Positions 13,370 to 32,907 of a stretch of 64,000 bases of DNA are shown here, one piece after another. The notes beneath the pieces are model-generated. The model saw only the letters and a program-made list of their open reading frames with translations, made no database searches and was not told where the DNA came from. Made by a program: the position numbers and the translations under genes. Origin of the DNA: the human T2T-CHM13v2.0 reference genome, Homo sapiens; the NCBI RefSeq assembly GCF_009914755.1, contig NC_060928.1; one strand, given 5' to 3'. Numbering within the stretch: the stretch's first letter is position 1; every line of letters starts with the position of its first letter.

Positions 13370-14872
13370 ACATAAAATTCTCCATATCAATCATTTTTAA
13401 GTATACATTTTTAGTTATGTTAAGTGTATTCACATTGTTGTCAGGTGGATCTCCAGGACTTTTTCCTCTTACAAACCTAAAACTCTATACCTATTCAACA
13501 ACTTCCCATTCCTCCCTCTCTGCAGCCTCTCGTAGCCACCAGTCTACTCTGTATTTCTGTGAATTTAACTGCTTTATATACCTCAAGTAAATGGAATCAC
13601 CCAGTATTTGTCCTTTTGTGACTGGCTTATTTCACTTAGTGTATTGTCCTCCAGGTTCATCAATGTCATCATATGTGACAAAATGTCCTTTCTTTTTATG
13701 ACTGAATAATATTCCATTGTATATATTAACTATACTTTGTTTATCCACTCATTCATCAATAAACAGTTGGGTTGCTTCCACCTTTTGTATATTGTGAATA
13801 GTGCTGCTATGAACATGGGTGTACAAATATATCTTTGAGATTCGGTTTTTTTGTTTTTGTTTTTTTTTTTGAGATGGAGTCTCGCTCGGTTGCCCAGGCT
13901 GGATGGAATGCAGTGGTGAGATCTTGGCTCACTGCAAGCTCCGCCATACTGCTTTTATTTTTTTTGGTTGTATACCCAGAAGTAGGAATGATGGGTTATA
14001 TGGAAGTTCTATTATTAATTTTTTGAGGAAACTCCATACTGCTTTCCATAATGGCAGCACCAGTTTACAGTCCCACTAACAGTACCCAAGGGTTCCAATT
14101 TCTCCACATTTGCCCCAACACTTGTTATTTTCTGTTGTTGTTTCATAGTAGTCATCTTAATAAGTGTGAGGTGATTTCATTGTGGTTTTCATTTGCATTT
14201 CTCTGATGATTAGTGATGTTGAGCATCTTTTCATATGCTTATTAGCCATTCCTATAACAATTTTGGAGAAATGTCTATTCAAGTTTTTTGACAGTTTTTG
14301 TATCAGATTATCTGATTTTTTGTTGTCGAGTTGTAGAAATTCTTATATATTCTGGATATTAACCTCTTGTCAAATTTATGATTTGAAACGTTTTCTTTCC
14401 TTTGTAGTGTTTTCACCCTATTGATCATGTTTTTGGATGCACAACAGTTTTAAACTAATGTAGTTCTATTTGTCTACTTTTACTTTGTTGTCTAAGCTTT
14501 TAGTGCTGTTTCCAAGAAATCATTGCCAAGTCCAATGTCATGAAACTTTTCCCTTATATTTGGTATGTTTGTTAAAGATCATTTGATCGTACACACAGGA
14601 TTTCTTTCTGGGTCCTCTGTTTTTTTCCAGCGGTCTATTTGTCTGTCTTCATGCCAGTAACACACGGTTTAGATTGCCATAGTTTTGTAATGTATTTTGG
14701 AATCAGGTAGGGTGTGTCCTCCAACTTGGTTCTTTTTCAAAACTGTTTTGGCTATTTGGAGTCTCTTGAGATTCTATATAAAGTTTTAAATAATTTTTTC
14801 TGCTTTTGCAATTAGGGATTACTTTGAATCTGTAGATAGCTTTGGGCAGTATGGATCCATATATGATTTCAA
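13370..14872 (-). mobile_element. L1MB-type 3' end plus ORF2 tail
   Basis: Antisense L1MB 3' UTR ('aaactctatacctattcaacaacttcccattcctccc') then ORF2; ORF track shows 'ILPKAIYRF'. Confidence 0.9.
13846..13945 (-). mobile_element. Strongly 5'-truncated Alu (right-arm end, AluY-like) inside L1MB
   Basis: Poly(T) plus ~75 bp 'gagatggagtctcgctc...actgcaagctccgcc'; host L1 resumes directly. Confidence 0.9.
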
Positions 14873-14929
14873 TAGATGTTTGAATATAATACTGAGATAA
14901 TAATGAAGGAAGATATTTATTGTCATGAA

Positions 14930-15715
14930 ATATGGTATATCCATTCAGGATACCATATTTAGCTCTCATGCCTTCACATAGCCTTCTTGTCTGTGACAGT
15001 TTCTCAGACTTGTTTTTGATGACCTTCACAGTTTTGAAGAGTACCAATCAGGTGTTTTATAGAATGTTCCTCAACTGATATTTGTCATTTTTCTTATTAT
15101 TAGACTGAGGTATAGGGTTTCTCATTATTAGACTGAGGCTCAGGGTTTCTGGGAGGGAGACCGCAAGAGTAAAGTGCCATATCTCGAAATATTGTGGATA
15201 CATACTGTCAACGTTAACCTTGATCACTGGGCTGAAGTAGTGTTTGTCAATGTAAAGTAAGTCTTCATACTCCTCTGCCCACTCTTGTACTTATCATTCT
15301 GTACTCTTTGGAAGAAAGTCCCTATGCACAGCTCATATCTAAGGAAAGAAAAGTTATGCTTCATTTCCTTAAGGGAGGAGTATTTATTGTATATGTATAA
15401 AATAAAATAAAATTTAGAATCCTTTCGCATCTACATGCTAAAGGATTTTTATAGATAATCATAAATTATATATATTATATATATTATAATTAAAATTATT
15501 TATAAATTTTAGAATCTTTTTGCATGTAGATTTCTTTAACTTCCCTTATTTATGTATTTATTAAATCATTTATTCTTATAATTTTAGGTCTATGAATTTT
15601 TGTATACTTTGAGCTAAATTCAGTATGACTTTACTAATTCTGTTACTTAGTTTGTTCCACTATTGGTCAAAGGGAGCTCATTCAGCTGGCTTCTATATAA
15701 CTTTGACATATCTCC
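14930..15715 (-). mobile_element. L1MC-type 3' UTR
   Basis: 'ttctcagacttgtttttgatgaccttcacagttttgaagagtac...tagaatgttcctcaa' typical of L1MC 3' ends. Confidence 0.75.
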
Positions 15716-15734
15716 TTTAATGTGTGTGTGTGGA

Positions 15735-16960
15735 CTTAGATTAGTTATAAGTTTATGTTGCAAACTCTAGAGCAATCTCCTAAAAAATCAGAGACAGAAG
15801 TATAATTGATATGCAAAATGGTATGAGAAAAATGCAAACACATAAAATGCTCAGTTAAAACCAGAAAAGGCAAAAATAACATGGTTATTAAATATTCAAG
15901 AAACAAATAAATACAAATAAAACTGTTACATACCTGATGGATATTAATCCAATAATATCAACAATTACTTTTGGTTTTAATGGTCTAATTACACTAATTT
16001 CCTCTCCCTTGATTTTCCCCTGAGTCCCTAATGTCCATTGTATCATTCTTATGCCTTTGCATTCTCATAGCTTAGCTCCCACTTATAAGTGGGAATATAT
16101 GATGTTTGGTTTTGGGTACAGTGTATATAGTTCAGATTATGGGTGCTCCAAAATCTCAGAAATCACCACTAAAAAACTTATTTATGTAACCAAACACGAT
16201 TTGTTTCCCTAAAATCTACGGAAATACAAAATAAAATAAAATAAATTAATTGAGACAGATAATCGAAAGCATAAAATTCATTAAAACGCCAGTAAATTAT
16301 CACTTACAAATAAATAAATAAAAAATTCTAAAAAATAATTATGGTAATTAAAAGGCAGAATGTCAGAGTAGATAAAGAAAAAATAATACCAAGCTATATA
16401 TGAATTTTAAGAAGCTCACTTTAAACATAAAAACAAGTTGAAAATAAATGGACAAAGATAAACTATGCTGTCTCTAATCAAAAGAAGCTGTAATAGCTAT
16501 ATTAATTTCAGACAAAGCAAACTTGATAGCAAGTCATCTTATAAGAGGAAAAAGAAACTAAATATTGATGAGAGTCCATTTTGCAAAAAATATAATTATC
16601 TTAAATGTGTATACACATAAAAAGAGTGTCAAAATATGTAGGTAAAAAATTGAAAGACTACAAAAGATTTAGGCAAATCCACTATAATAGCTGAAGATCT
16701 CAATACCTTTGTGTCAGTTAAGATATAAATTACCTGAATAGCATTATCAATCTATTTTATCTAATTGACAATGTAGAATACTTCAACAATAGCAGAGCGT
16801 GCATTCTCTTTGTTAACATTTGTTATTGTTTTCTATAGTTTACGTCTTTTCAATTACATTGAAAATAATAACAAATGTAAAAGTCTTCTTTTAAAAGTTC
16901 AATAAAATTGATATAAAGCTCTAGTCAGGCTAACAAAGAAAAAAAGAGAAAGCAGAAATT
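15735..16960 (+). mobile_element. Ancient L1M ORF2 5' (endonuclease) fragment, interrupted at ~15998-16350
   Basis: 'gtaatagctatattaatttcagacaaagcaaactt', 'aattaaaaggcaga', 'atcttaaatgtgtatacac'. Confidence 0.75.
15998..16245 (+). mobile_element. Short L1PB-like insertion with 5' inversion
   Basis: 15998-16113 antisense L1PB 3' UTR; 16114-16245 sense L1PB terminus 'gggtacagtg...aaatctcagaaatcaccactaaa...' plus (AAAAT)n tail. Confidence 0.85.
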
Positions 16961-17079
16961 ATGTTTCCTTCATATGAAAATTTTTGAATTTAATAAGATT
17001 GCATAAAAAATCATGTGCTTTAAAAAATGACTTTATTTACATATATATATATATGCAGAGATTCAGCAATTTGATTAGA

Positions 17080-18500
17080 TTTGGGAAAAAAATAGTTGAA
17101 GTTCCAGAGCTAGAAGAAAGATAAGTCATTTTAGACAAAAGGAAGAACCTGTGCAAGGACAAGGGTATATGGCTATCCACAGCATGTTGAGGAAAAATTT
17201 ATAAATTTGATGATGGGCATAGAAAGGAGGGAGTGGAGGTAATGTTAGAAAATGCATTTTTAGGTATGTTTTAAATAGAATTGCTTGCTATTTAAAAGAC
17301 CTTAGAGTTTAATCTGTGTCATTCCAGTACCAGGAATGAGGGTATTCTATAACAGGAAAAGGTCATGGCAATACTTATGCATTATTTGGCCGATGAACTA
17401 GATATGAGAGAAAATATAGATGGGTAGAACATTCTAAAGGACAATATATAATTCTGATGAATTTAAAATAGGGTCTAAAGTTAAATATCAACAGTGGTAA
17501 AATGACAAAGAAGTTCTGGTAGAAGGGGCATTATGTAAACTGTGGAAACTAATATTAAGGACACCATGGAGAGTCATTGTAATTTTTTTAGTTTTTGTAG
17601 GTGTAGGAATTGTTTTATTCATGTTATTGGAGGATATGTAGGAAGGAATGGTGTGCTTGTGAAATAAGAATTCTATTCCATGTTTTATTTGGGTTATGGA
17701 TAGTTTAATGAGCTTAAATAAGGCTTTATTATAAAGATTCACTGAGCTCAGGAGAACAATTAGAGGCAGTATAGAAAAGTGGTTATGAGCTCAGATTCTG
17801 GGACCAGACCTTCCATATTTTAACTCCAACTACACCTCTAGCAAATTGTAAAGTTCACAGTTTCCTCATCTGCAAAATAGAAATAATAAGAGCATCTAAT
17901 TTAGATGAGTTTTGTAAGACTCAAATGGATAAATATAGGCAAAATACATATAACAATGCCTGACATATAGTAAGTACTTAATACATTTGAGATAGTACAT
18001 ACATATATAAGGAAGTCATTGAATTCTTTAGGGGTTTACTGAAGTAATGGGGTTAGCGCAATCAACCAAGAAGCATTTAATTTCTAGAAGAACTAAGGAG
18101 ATGTCTGAGAAGTAGAAATAATAAATACTTGAAAAAGGAAGAGAAATCAGCAAAAGGTAAAGAGAAGAGAGTAGTGGTAGAAGAAGAAATAGAAGATAGT
18201 GTTGAGTGCTGTTAACATCATAGAAAAGAGAATAGAATTTCAAGAAAGAAGAGAAGACTGCCAGTATCAAATAATATAGATAGGAAACATAGCCTAAGGA
18301 GCATAAGCTTTGACAGTCTTTTGCAGTTAGAAGTTAGAAAATATTAGAATTCATAAGAGCAGTTTGCATTGAGAGATGAATAAAATAACAGATTTCACTG
18401 GGCCGGAGAATATTATAAATGTATAGTGATGGAAATGATGATTGTTCACTATGCAAAAAGAGTCATGGTACTCAGCTAAGAAATGTTTGTGCTATAGTGA
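17080..18500 (-). mobile_element. L2 (old, antisense) interrupted by MIR
   Basis: Purine-rich degenerate antisense L2 ('agaatttcaagaaag', 'cagtatcaaata', 'gagcagtttgcattgagag'). Confidence 0.55.
17763..17990 (+). mobile_element. MIR, near full length
   Basis: 'gaggcagtatag...ggttatgagctcagattctgg...cagtttcctcatctgcaaaat...aatgcctgacatatagtaagtacttaata'. Confidence 0.85.
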
Positions 18501-19559
18501 AAAATATTCTAGCAAAAGATTGAAGTATTTACTTAAAGAAGATATACATAAAAATCTTATATTTTCATGGTAAAATGACTTTATTAATAATAGCAAAAAG
18601 AAAACTAAAATATTTAGAAATACCAAAGCATTTGCCAAATCTGTTTAAAGAGAATTTTATATAGACAAAATAAAGATGTGAAGAAATGAGGAGGCAAGCT
18701 GTTTTCCTCTATAATTTTAAAAAATCTCTATACACTTATAAATTTAATGTAATCTGAATAAAATTACCAGCTGGATGATTATACTAATAGATAAATAAAT
18801 AAACAAGCAAAAGTAGCCAAAAATTTTTTTGAAAAAGACTAATGAGCATATGACCAGAAAACTTACCAGAAGATGTGGGTAGACCAGCACTGGTCTTTAA
18901 GAAATCACCTACTGAGTGCTGGGAAACTCTTTTTCTTTTTAAATTTTTTTTTTTATACTTTAAGTTTTAGGGTACATGTGCAAAATGTGCAAGTTAGTTA
19001 CATATGTATACATGTGCCATGCTGGTGCGCTGCACCTACTAACTCGTCATCTATCATTAGGTATATCTCCCAATGCTATCGCTCCCCGCCCCCCACCCCA
19101 GAACAGTCCCCAGAGTGTGATGTTCCCCTTCCTGTGTCCATGTGTTCTCATTGTTCAATTCCCACCTATGAGTGAGAATATGCGGTGTTTGGTTTTTTGT
19201 TCTTGCGATAGTTTACTGAGAATGATGGTTTCCAATTTCATCCATGTCCCTACAAAGGACATGAACTCATCCTTTTTTATGGCTGCATAGTATTCCATGG
19301 TGTATATGTGCCACATTTTCTGAATCCAGTCTGTCATTGTTGGACATTTGGGTTGGTTCCAAGTCTTTGCTATTGTGAATAATGCTGCAATAAACATACG
19401 TGTGCATGTGTCCTTATAGCAGCATGATTTATAGTCCTTTGGGTATATAGCCAGTAATGGGATGGCTGGGTCAAATGGTATTTCTAGTTCTAGATCCCTG
19501 AGGAATCGCCACACTGACTTCCACAATGGTTGAACTAGTTTACAGTCCCATCAACAGTG

Positions 19560-21466
<1,907 letters not shown>

Positions 21467-21505
21467 AACCAAAAAAGAGCCCGCATCGCGGAGTGCTGGG
21501 AAACT

Positions 21506-21790
21506 TGCAGGAGGTTCACATGAACCAGAGCTCATCCATAGAAATGGGCACCCAAAAGGGTGGCTGAGAAAATTTCAGAAAAATATGAACCGTAACTTTC
21601 TACTGTGGCTTACTGCACCTTATCCACTCATGGCTGCACCACAAAACAGCACACCAGTATCAGGATGAGAAGTGACTTCCTCTTGCCACAAGTCCTGTAA
21701 TTCTTCCAGGACTTCTTATTGGCAGGGCCTAACATGAAGCCAAATGGAAAAGGATGATTCTTTACAGGGTACAACTCTTGTATCACAAAA
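21506..21790. mobile_element. Probable old MaLR/ERVL LTR fragment (host of the young L1)
   Basis: 'ttattggcagggcctaacatgaagccaaatggaaaagga' resembles MLT-type LTRs; weak. Confidence 0.35.
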
Positions 21791-21869
21791 TAAACAAAGA
21801 TGAATGGATTTGATATGGAAATGTAATAATGAATAATTGGCAAAACATCCAAATACAAATGGAAGTTTA

Positions 21870-22930
<1,061 letters not shown>

Positions 22931-22934
22931 TACA

Positions 22935-25780
22935 TCCACCACAGAAACACACTCAAGTGCATACACCATCAACACTATAAAGCAAATACACAACAAAGAC
23001 TACATAAAAAACAGCTAACACAATCACAAAATTAAATTTGCACATATTAATATTAATCTTGAATCTAAATGGGCCAAAGACCCCACTTAAAAGGCACAGA
23101 GTGGCAAGTTGGATAAAAAAGACCCAACTATATCTGTCTTCAAGAGACCCATCTCACATGAAAGGACACCCACAGGCTCAAAATAAATGGATGGAGAAAG
23201 ATCTATCAAGCAAACAGAAAACAAATAAGAGTAGGATTTACTATATTTATTTCAGACAAAACAGACTTTAAACCAACAATGGAATAGGACAAAGAAGGGC
23301 ATTACATAATGACAAAGGGTTCAATTCAACAAGCAGACTTAACCATTCTAAATATATATGCAACCAAAACCAGAAGACACGGATTCATAAAACATGTTCT
23401 AAGAGACCTGCAAAGAGACTTAGACGACCATACAATAATGGTGGGAGACTTCCACACCTCACTGACAGTATATGACAGATCATAAAGACAGAAAACTAAT
23501 AAAAATACTCAGGACCTAAACTGGACACATGATCAAAGGACCTAAAATACATCTATAGAACATTCCATCCAACAAAAATTGAATATACATCCTTCTTATC
23601 AGCCCATGGCACATACACTACAATTGACTATATGCTCAGCCATAAAGCAATTGTCAACAAATTCAAAAACACTGAAATCATACCAGCCACACTCTCAGAC
23701 CACAGTGTAATAAAAATAGAAATCAATACCAAGAAGATCTGTTAAAACCATAGAATTAATGGAAATTAAATCTGCTCCTGAATGACTTTGGGGTAAATAA
23801 TGAAATTAAGGCAGAAATCAGGAATTATTTGAAATGAATAAACACAAAGATACAACCTACCAGAATTGCTCAGACACAGCTAAAGTAGTGTTAAGGGGAA
23901 AGTTTATAGCATTAAACACCCAGTGAAAAAGTTAGACAGATCTCAAATTAACAACCTAACCACACCTCAAGGAACTTGAAAAACAAGAGCAATTCAACCC
24001 CAAAGCTAACAAAAGAAACCAGAGCTGAACTGAATGAATGGAAATGAGGAAAACTATGCAAAAGATCAACAAAACCAAAACTTTGTTTTTTGTCAGAATA
24101 AATAATATTAATAGACCACTAGCTATACTAATAAAGAAAAAAATCCAAATAAATACAATCAGAAATGACAAAGAGGACATTACCAATGACCCCACAGAAA
24201 TTAAAAAAAAAAAAAACAAAAACAAGCTCAGAGACTATTACAAACACCTCTACGCACACTAACTAGAAAAACTAGGAAAAAAAAAAAAGTTATTGGAAAC
24301 ATAAACCCTCCCAAAATTGAACCAAGAAGAAACTGAATCCCTGAACAGACCAATAATAGATCAGTAATACAAAACAAAAAACAAAAAACCTAACAACCAA
24401 AAAACCCCTGGTCTAGATGGATTCATAGCTGATTTCTACCAAACATACAAGGAAGAAATAGTACTAATTCTACTGAAATTTTTCCAAAAAAACTGAGGAG
24501 GAAGGACTCCTACCTAACATATTCTGTGAGCATCTTTCTGATACCAAAACTGGCAGAGACAGACACACAGTGAAAAAAGAGAACTTCAGGCCAATATCCC
24601 TGATAAATTTGGATGCAAAAACCTTCAACAAAATACCAGCAAACCAAATCCAGCAGCATATCAGAATGAGAATACACCACAATCAAGTAGGCTTTCTTCC
24701 TCGGATGCGAGGTTGGTTCAACATATGTGAATCAATAATGTGATTAATCATATAGACAGAACTAAAAACAAAAACCACCTGATCATCTCAATAAATGGAG
24801 AAAAGACTTTCAATACAATTCAATATCGCTTCATGTTAAAAATCCTCAACAAATTAGGCACTGAAGGTACACACCTCAAAACAATAAAAGTCATCTATAA
24901 GAAACCCACAGCCAACATCAAACTGAATGGGCAAAATCTGGAAGCATTCCACTCGAGAACTGAAACGGCAAGGATGCCCACTCTTACCACTCCTATTTGG
25001 CATAGTACTGGAAGTCCTAACCAGAGCAACCAGGCAAAAAAAAGACGTAAAATGAAACAAAATATAAAGAAAGTCAAACTATCTCTCTTTGCAGATGATA
25101 TGATTCTAGTCCTAGAAAACCCCATAGTCTCTGCCTAAAGGCTCCTAGATCTGATAAACAACTTCAGCAAAGTTTCAAGGTACCAAACCAATGTCCACAA
25201 ATCTGGAGCATTTTGATACACCAATAATATCCAAGCTGAGAGCCAAATCAAGAATGCAGTCCAATTCACGATAGCCACAAAAAGCATAAAATACCTAGGA
25301 ATACAGGTAACCAGGAAAGTGAAAGTTCTCTATAATGACAATTACAAAACACTGCTAAAAGAAATCCGAGGTGATGCATATAAATGGAAAAATATTCCAT
25401 GCTCATGGATAGGAGGAATCAATATTGTTAAAATGACCATACTACCCAAAACAATTTACAGATTTAATGCTATTTCTATCAAACTGCCGATGACATTCTT
25501 CATGGAATTAGAAAAAAACTATTTTAGAATTAATATGAAACCAAAAAAGAGCCTGAATAACTAAGGCAATTCTAAGCAAAAAGAACAAAGCTGGAGGCAT
25601 TAAATTCCACAACTTCAAACTATACTACAAAGCTACAGTAACTGAAACAGCATGCTACTGGTACAAAAACATACATAGACTAATAGAACAGAATAGAGAA
25701 CCCAGAAATAATGCTGACCACATACAACTATCTAATCTTCAACAAAGTCGACAAAAACAAATAATGGGAAAAGTACTCAC
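22935..25780 (+). mobile_element. Older primate L1 (L1PA13-16/L1PB-age) internal ORF2 segment without 3' end
   Basis: ORF fragments 'LNGPKTPLKRHRVASWIKK', '[11 protein letters not shown]', '[10 protein letters not shown]'; many frameshifts. Confidence 0.92.
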
Positions 25781-26974
25781 AATTTGTATATCTTTCAGAT
25801 ACATAAAAATAATGAGTTTTTTTTGCTTGAAAACTTTATTAAAATAAGGATTAAACTTGTAAAAAGAACAATCAGAATGCCAGCCCTTTGCATAAAGTCA
25901 GCAAAAAAAGGAAAGAGAGAAAGAAAATAAAAGAATAGATTTTAATACATAACTGCTACATTAGAGTTATATTTATTTTAGGAATAAAATACTTTATTAG
26001 TAATACACTGCTCTCCAGATTTGTATCCTTGAATCAATGAAGGCTTCTCAGAAGATGTCATCAACTTTGGTGGAGCTCATCATCTTAACTGGAATGACTT
26101 TCACCTTATTCTTTTTCTACTTGAACCCTGCCTAATTTCACTTTAATAATTATATTGTGGTAAGTACCGCCTGTGTTGAACTTCTCCCATATTTGGGACC
26201 CTATTATGTTTATTGTTATATGATCAATATGAGCACTTGCTATTCATTGATAATTAACTGTTTCATTATCTACATTATTCATCTCTGATGAACTTCAGTG
26301 CCTTAAAGTTCAGGAATAGAAAATACAAATATTTTGCAAGTGCCTATCACACCATTTTTCTAACAGTAAAAGCTTACGAAATTCTTTCTGGAAAAAAAAT
26401 AAGTAAAATACTGCCTTTTTTCATATCCTTTGAGGCATATTTGGTGGCAGATTAAGAAAAGTTTCTGTTAAAACTCAGAAATATAAAAAACTACATCCAC
26501 ATCAGCCAATCGCAAGAAATAATAATAATGGGAAAAATACCTGTGGTGAACTGTTCACTAGTTAACGTCCTCCTGGGTTTACTATGCTACAATTTAAAAG
26601 AAATTCAGTTCTATAAACTAGGAGAATAATGTAACAGGGACAAAAATCCATTTCAGTTGTCAGTGGCTACAAAGTCCAAATAGCATCAAGGTGTTTTTTG
26701 TTAAGCTTTTTTTATTCCAGAAAAATATCAAGTTATGTCTACATAAGAAATATTTTTGGAAAAGTAAAATAATCTTGTAGGCAATATATCCATGATGATT
26801 TACCAGCCATCAATCTCTTTCCTCACCATATATAACAAAATCTTTCAGATATCTAATTAAGGGAAAAATGGAACAAATGATTTATTATTTATATAGTTGA
26901 TGCTAATAAATTTTACAAGATTATTTCCCCATACAAAGACAGTTGGACAGTTATATTCCACATATTAAGGAATT

Positions 26975-26998
26975 ATATATATATATATATATATATAT
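26975..26998. repeat. (AT)n microsatellite
   Basis: About 12 AT units. Confidence 0.9.
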
Positions 26999-27179
26999 GT
27001 TATAAACATGCAATATATCCAAGTCAACTAGCAACACATGTAAAGTAAAATACTAATGTCTACCTTTAATAAGTCACATGGGGTTCTTAGGACGGTACTT
27101 GGAAATGTATTATTAAAAGTCTAATTGAAAAGAAAGGAATCTTCATAAATTGAGAACTGATTGAATAAATCTAAGGCTG

Positions 27180-29530
<2,351 letters not shown>

Positions 29531-29696
29531 GCTTTCAATAAAAATTAAAGGTAAGAAAGTAAATTAATACAAATAGAAAACAAGTAAAAAGCTAGTTCTG
29601 TAAAAAATATGATGTAATATGTATAAAATATAAACAAATATGTATATCTCTCTCTCTCACACACACACACCCAACAGTACATATGAACAATATTCT

Positions 29697-29975
29697 TTTT
29701 TTCTGTGAGACAGAGTTTTGCTCCTTCACTTAGGCTGGAGTGCAGTGGCAAGATCTCAGCTCACCTGCTGGGTTCAAGCTAGTCTCCTGCCTCAGCTTCC
29801 CAAGTAGCTGGGATTATAGGCGCCTGCCACCACACCCAGCTAATTTCTGTATATTTAGTAGAGATGGGGTTTCATCATGTTGGCCAGGCTGGTCTTGAAC
29901 TCCTGACTTCAGGTGATCCACCCACCTAGAGCTCCCAAAGTGCTGAGATTACAGGGGTGAGCCACTGCGCCTGAC
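29697..29975 (-). mobile_element. AluS, first of tandem pair, small internal deletion
   Basis: Dimer lacking 'gcaacctccgcc'; flanked by tgaacaatattct. Confidence 0.95.
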
Positions 29976-29978
29976 TGA

Positions 29979-30282
<304 letters not shown>

Positions 30283-32605
30283 TGAACAATATTCTCAAAT
30301 GAAAAAAAGCTATCCCAAAAAGACAAGAAAGCATTAAACTCTTAGCATGTTAATCATAACTTCATTTCAATTAATTTTCCAATTTAGAAAAAGTGGTTAC
30401 TTTCTTTCTAGAAAACTTACAAAAAGTGGCACAAAATGGCATGAAAAATTTAAATAGTATTAACATTATTAGAATGAATAAGAAAACCTTTGAGCACGGA
30501 GGACTGCAACAGTAAATTATGTCACACGAGGTTCTTAGATTCACCATACTGAATACATGGTGACAAGGAACCATCACAGACCACATGAGAAAATAACCCA
30601 CACCACCACAGAATTGTTTGGGTTTTTTTCTTTAGTCTATTGTTATTGATTTTATTTTGCTTAAATTTTAAGCAAATATACATTATTTTTTCCACAGTCC
30701 AAGTTGCCTTTTTAGTAGTATTGATATTTTCAGAAGAAATAGAATGATTGTACTGGAATGGTAGATGTTTTTCACATTTCAAAATGTGATGAAGAAACAT
30801 AAAGTTAGAACTTCATTTCTTTGTCAGTGTTCTTATCAACTAAGACAAATATCTTCCCTAGAACTAATATAAACTATATTCATTGTGTGATAAACGTTTC
30901 TATATTTTTGAAGTATTTTGTGAATATTCATTTGTATAAACTTTACTTGGGCAAAGTGTTTTAGGAAACTTGGAAATAAGATATATGCCAAGGTACACAT
31001 GACTATACAGATACAATATGGCATGTGTACATTTCTCTTACTATAGGGATATACATCTTTATTTTGGTGGCAGCAAAACATCTAATTTGCTGTATTTACT
31101 TGTGTTTTCCTACAATTATCTGAATGGTAAATGGACAGAAATAAAAATAAGGTAAGTCTTTTGGTCAAAGAAAAAAGTCTTCAAAGCTCCATGTTATTTT
31201 GACCTCATTACGATAAACTTCGTGTGAATATGTGATAAAACATTAAAGTGCCGTCGATACAACTAAGAGTCAGAAGTAATAAATGTGTTAGTAAGACATG
31301 TAATATTTTTCTTCCACCTTCAAAACTGAAACATGATTTAATCTGGTTTAGGCTATTTTTGAATTCCATATGTTCACAGAATAACTTTACTATCACCTTC
31401 TTAACCACCTCACTAGTTAAAGAAGTCAGCGACTGGTCACTTCAGATAACTGGTGTCACCAAGGGGTAGTTTCTTATGTAAGAAACTGGGTGTTTTTAAA
31501 TGGTTTAAAGTCTGGCCTAGTGTTTACAGCATTAAAATTGTATGCAGTGTCATTCATTCAAAGTTCTAACATTTGAGGCAGCATATACCACCCTGTTGGA
31601 CTGTACTTCTGTTGTGAATCTGCAGTAGAAAATATGTTTTTGGTATCCATTTTAAAAGGTAAAATTACAAAGGTCAAAAATTCATACCCTACCTGTTATG
31701 AACTACCCACCATCCTTAGATGATAGCTGAGAATAAACTTACACTGTAATCTGGTCAAATAGGATGTCAAATGAATTCTTTAATCAGGTGAAATGTGTGT
31801 ATGTTGTGTGTGTGTGTATGTATGCATGCATGCAAAGAAAACTATTTTTTGTTTATGTTCTTGATTTTTCAGTTTACATCAGGTACATAAAAATGTTTAA
31901 ATGAATATCACTATCCAAAATATTGGAACTTGTCTTATCATATGTTTCAATTATTGTTTGTAATCTAAATATGTTAAATCAAAAAATCGTGTAAGCCTAT
32001 TTTTTAGAAGGTAAAAGGTTAAAAAAGGTAATGTGTTTGAAATGCAACATTTTATTCTTATTGAATCTTAAATTAGAAAGCAATAGAAAATAAGAAGTAA
32101 GGAGGTACTAAACTCTATGATACCAGAAAAGATGGTTCAGAATGATAGGTCAATTGTGGGTCAGAGTTACTGAGAGAAAATTTCTATTGAAGGTGAGACT
32201 GAATAGAAAAAGAAGTGAGGGAAAAATGGGATAGTAGAAACAAAAATTTCAAAGTGGTAGTGAACGAAAGGTTAATACAAGTTAGTTTAAAGATCAACTG
32301 AATTGAAGTGTCAGCAGATGTATTAGACAGACTTAAAAAATCCATTTTAAAGATGCTCAAAGAACTAAAGAAAAATGTAAAGAAAGGCAAGAAAATGTTA
32401 TGTGGACAAAATAAAAATATTGATAGAAAAAAGAAACCCTAAAATAACCAAAAATATATCCTAAATTGCAATGTACAATAACTGAAATGAAAAATTTACC
32501 AGAGAAATTCAAGGCAGATTTGAGCAGGTAGAAAAAGAATCAGTAAACTTAACGACAACAAAAATTATAAAATTCATTTTTGAGAAACAGATTTTAAAAA
32601 AATTA

Positions 32606-32907
<302 letters not shown>

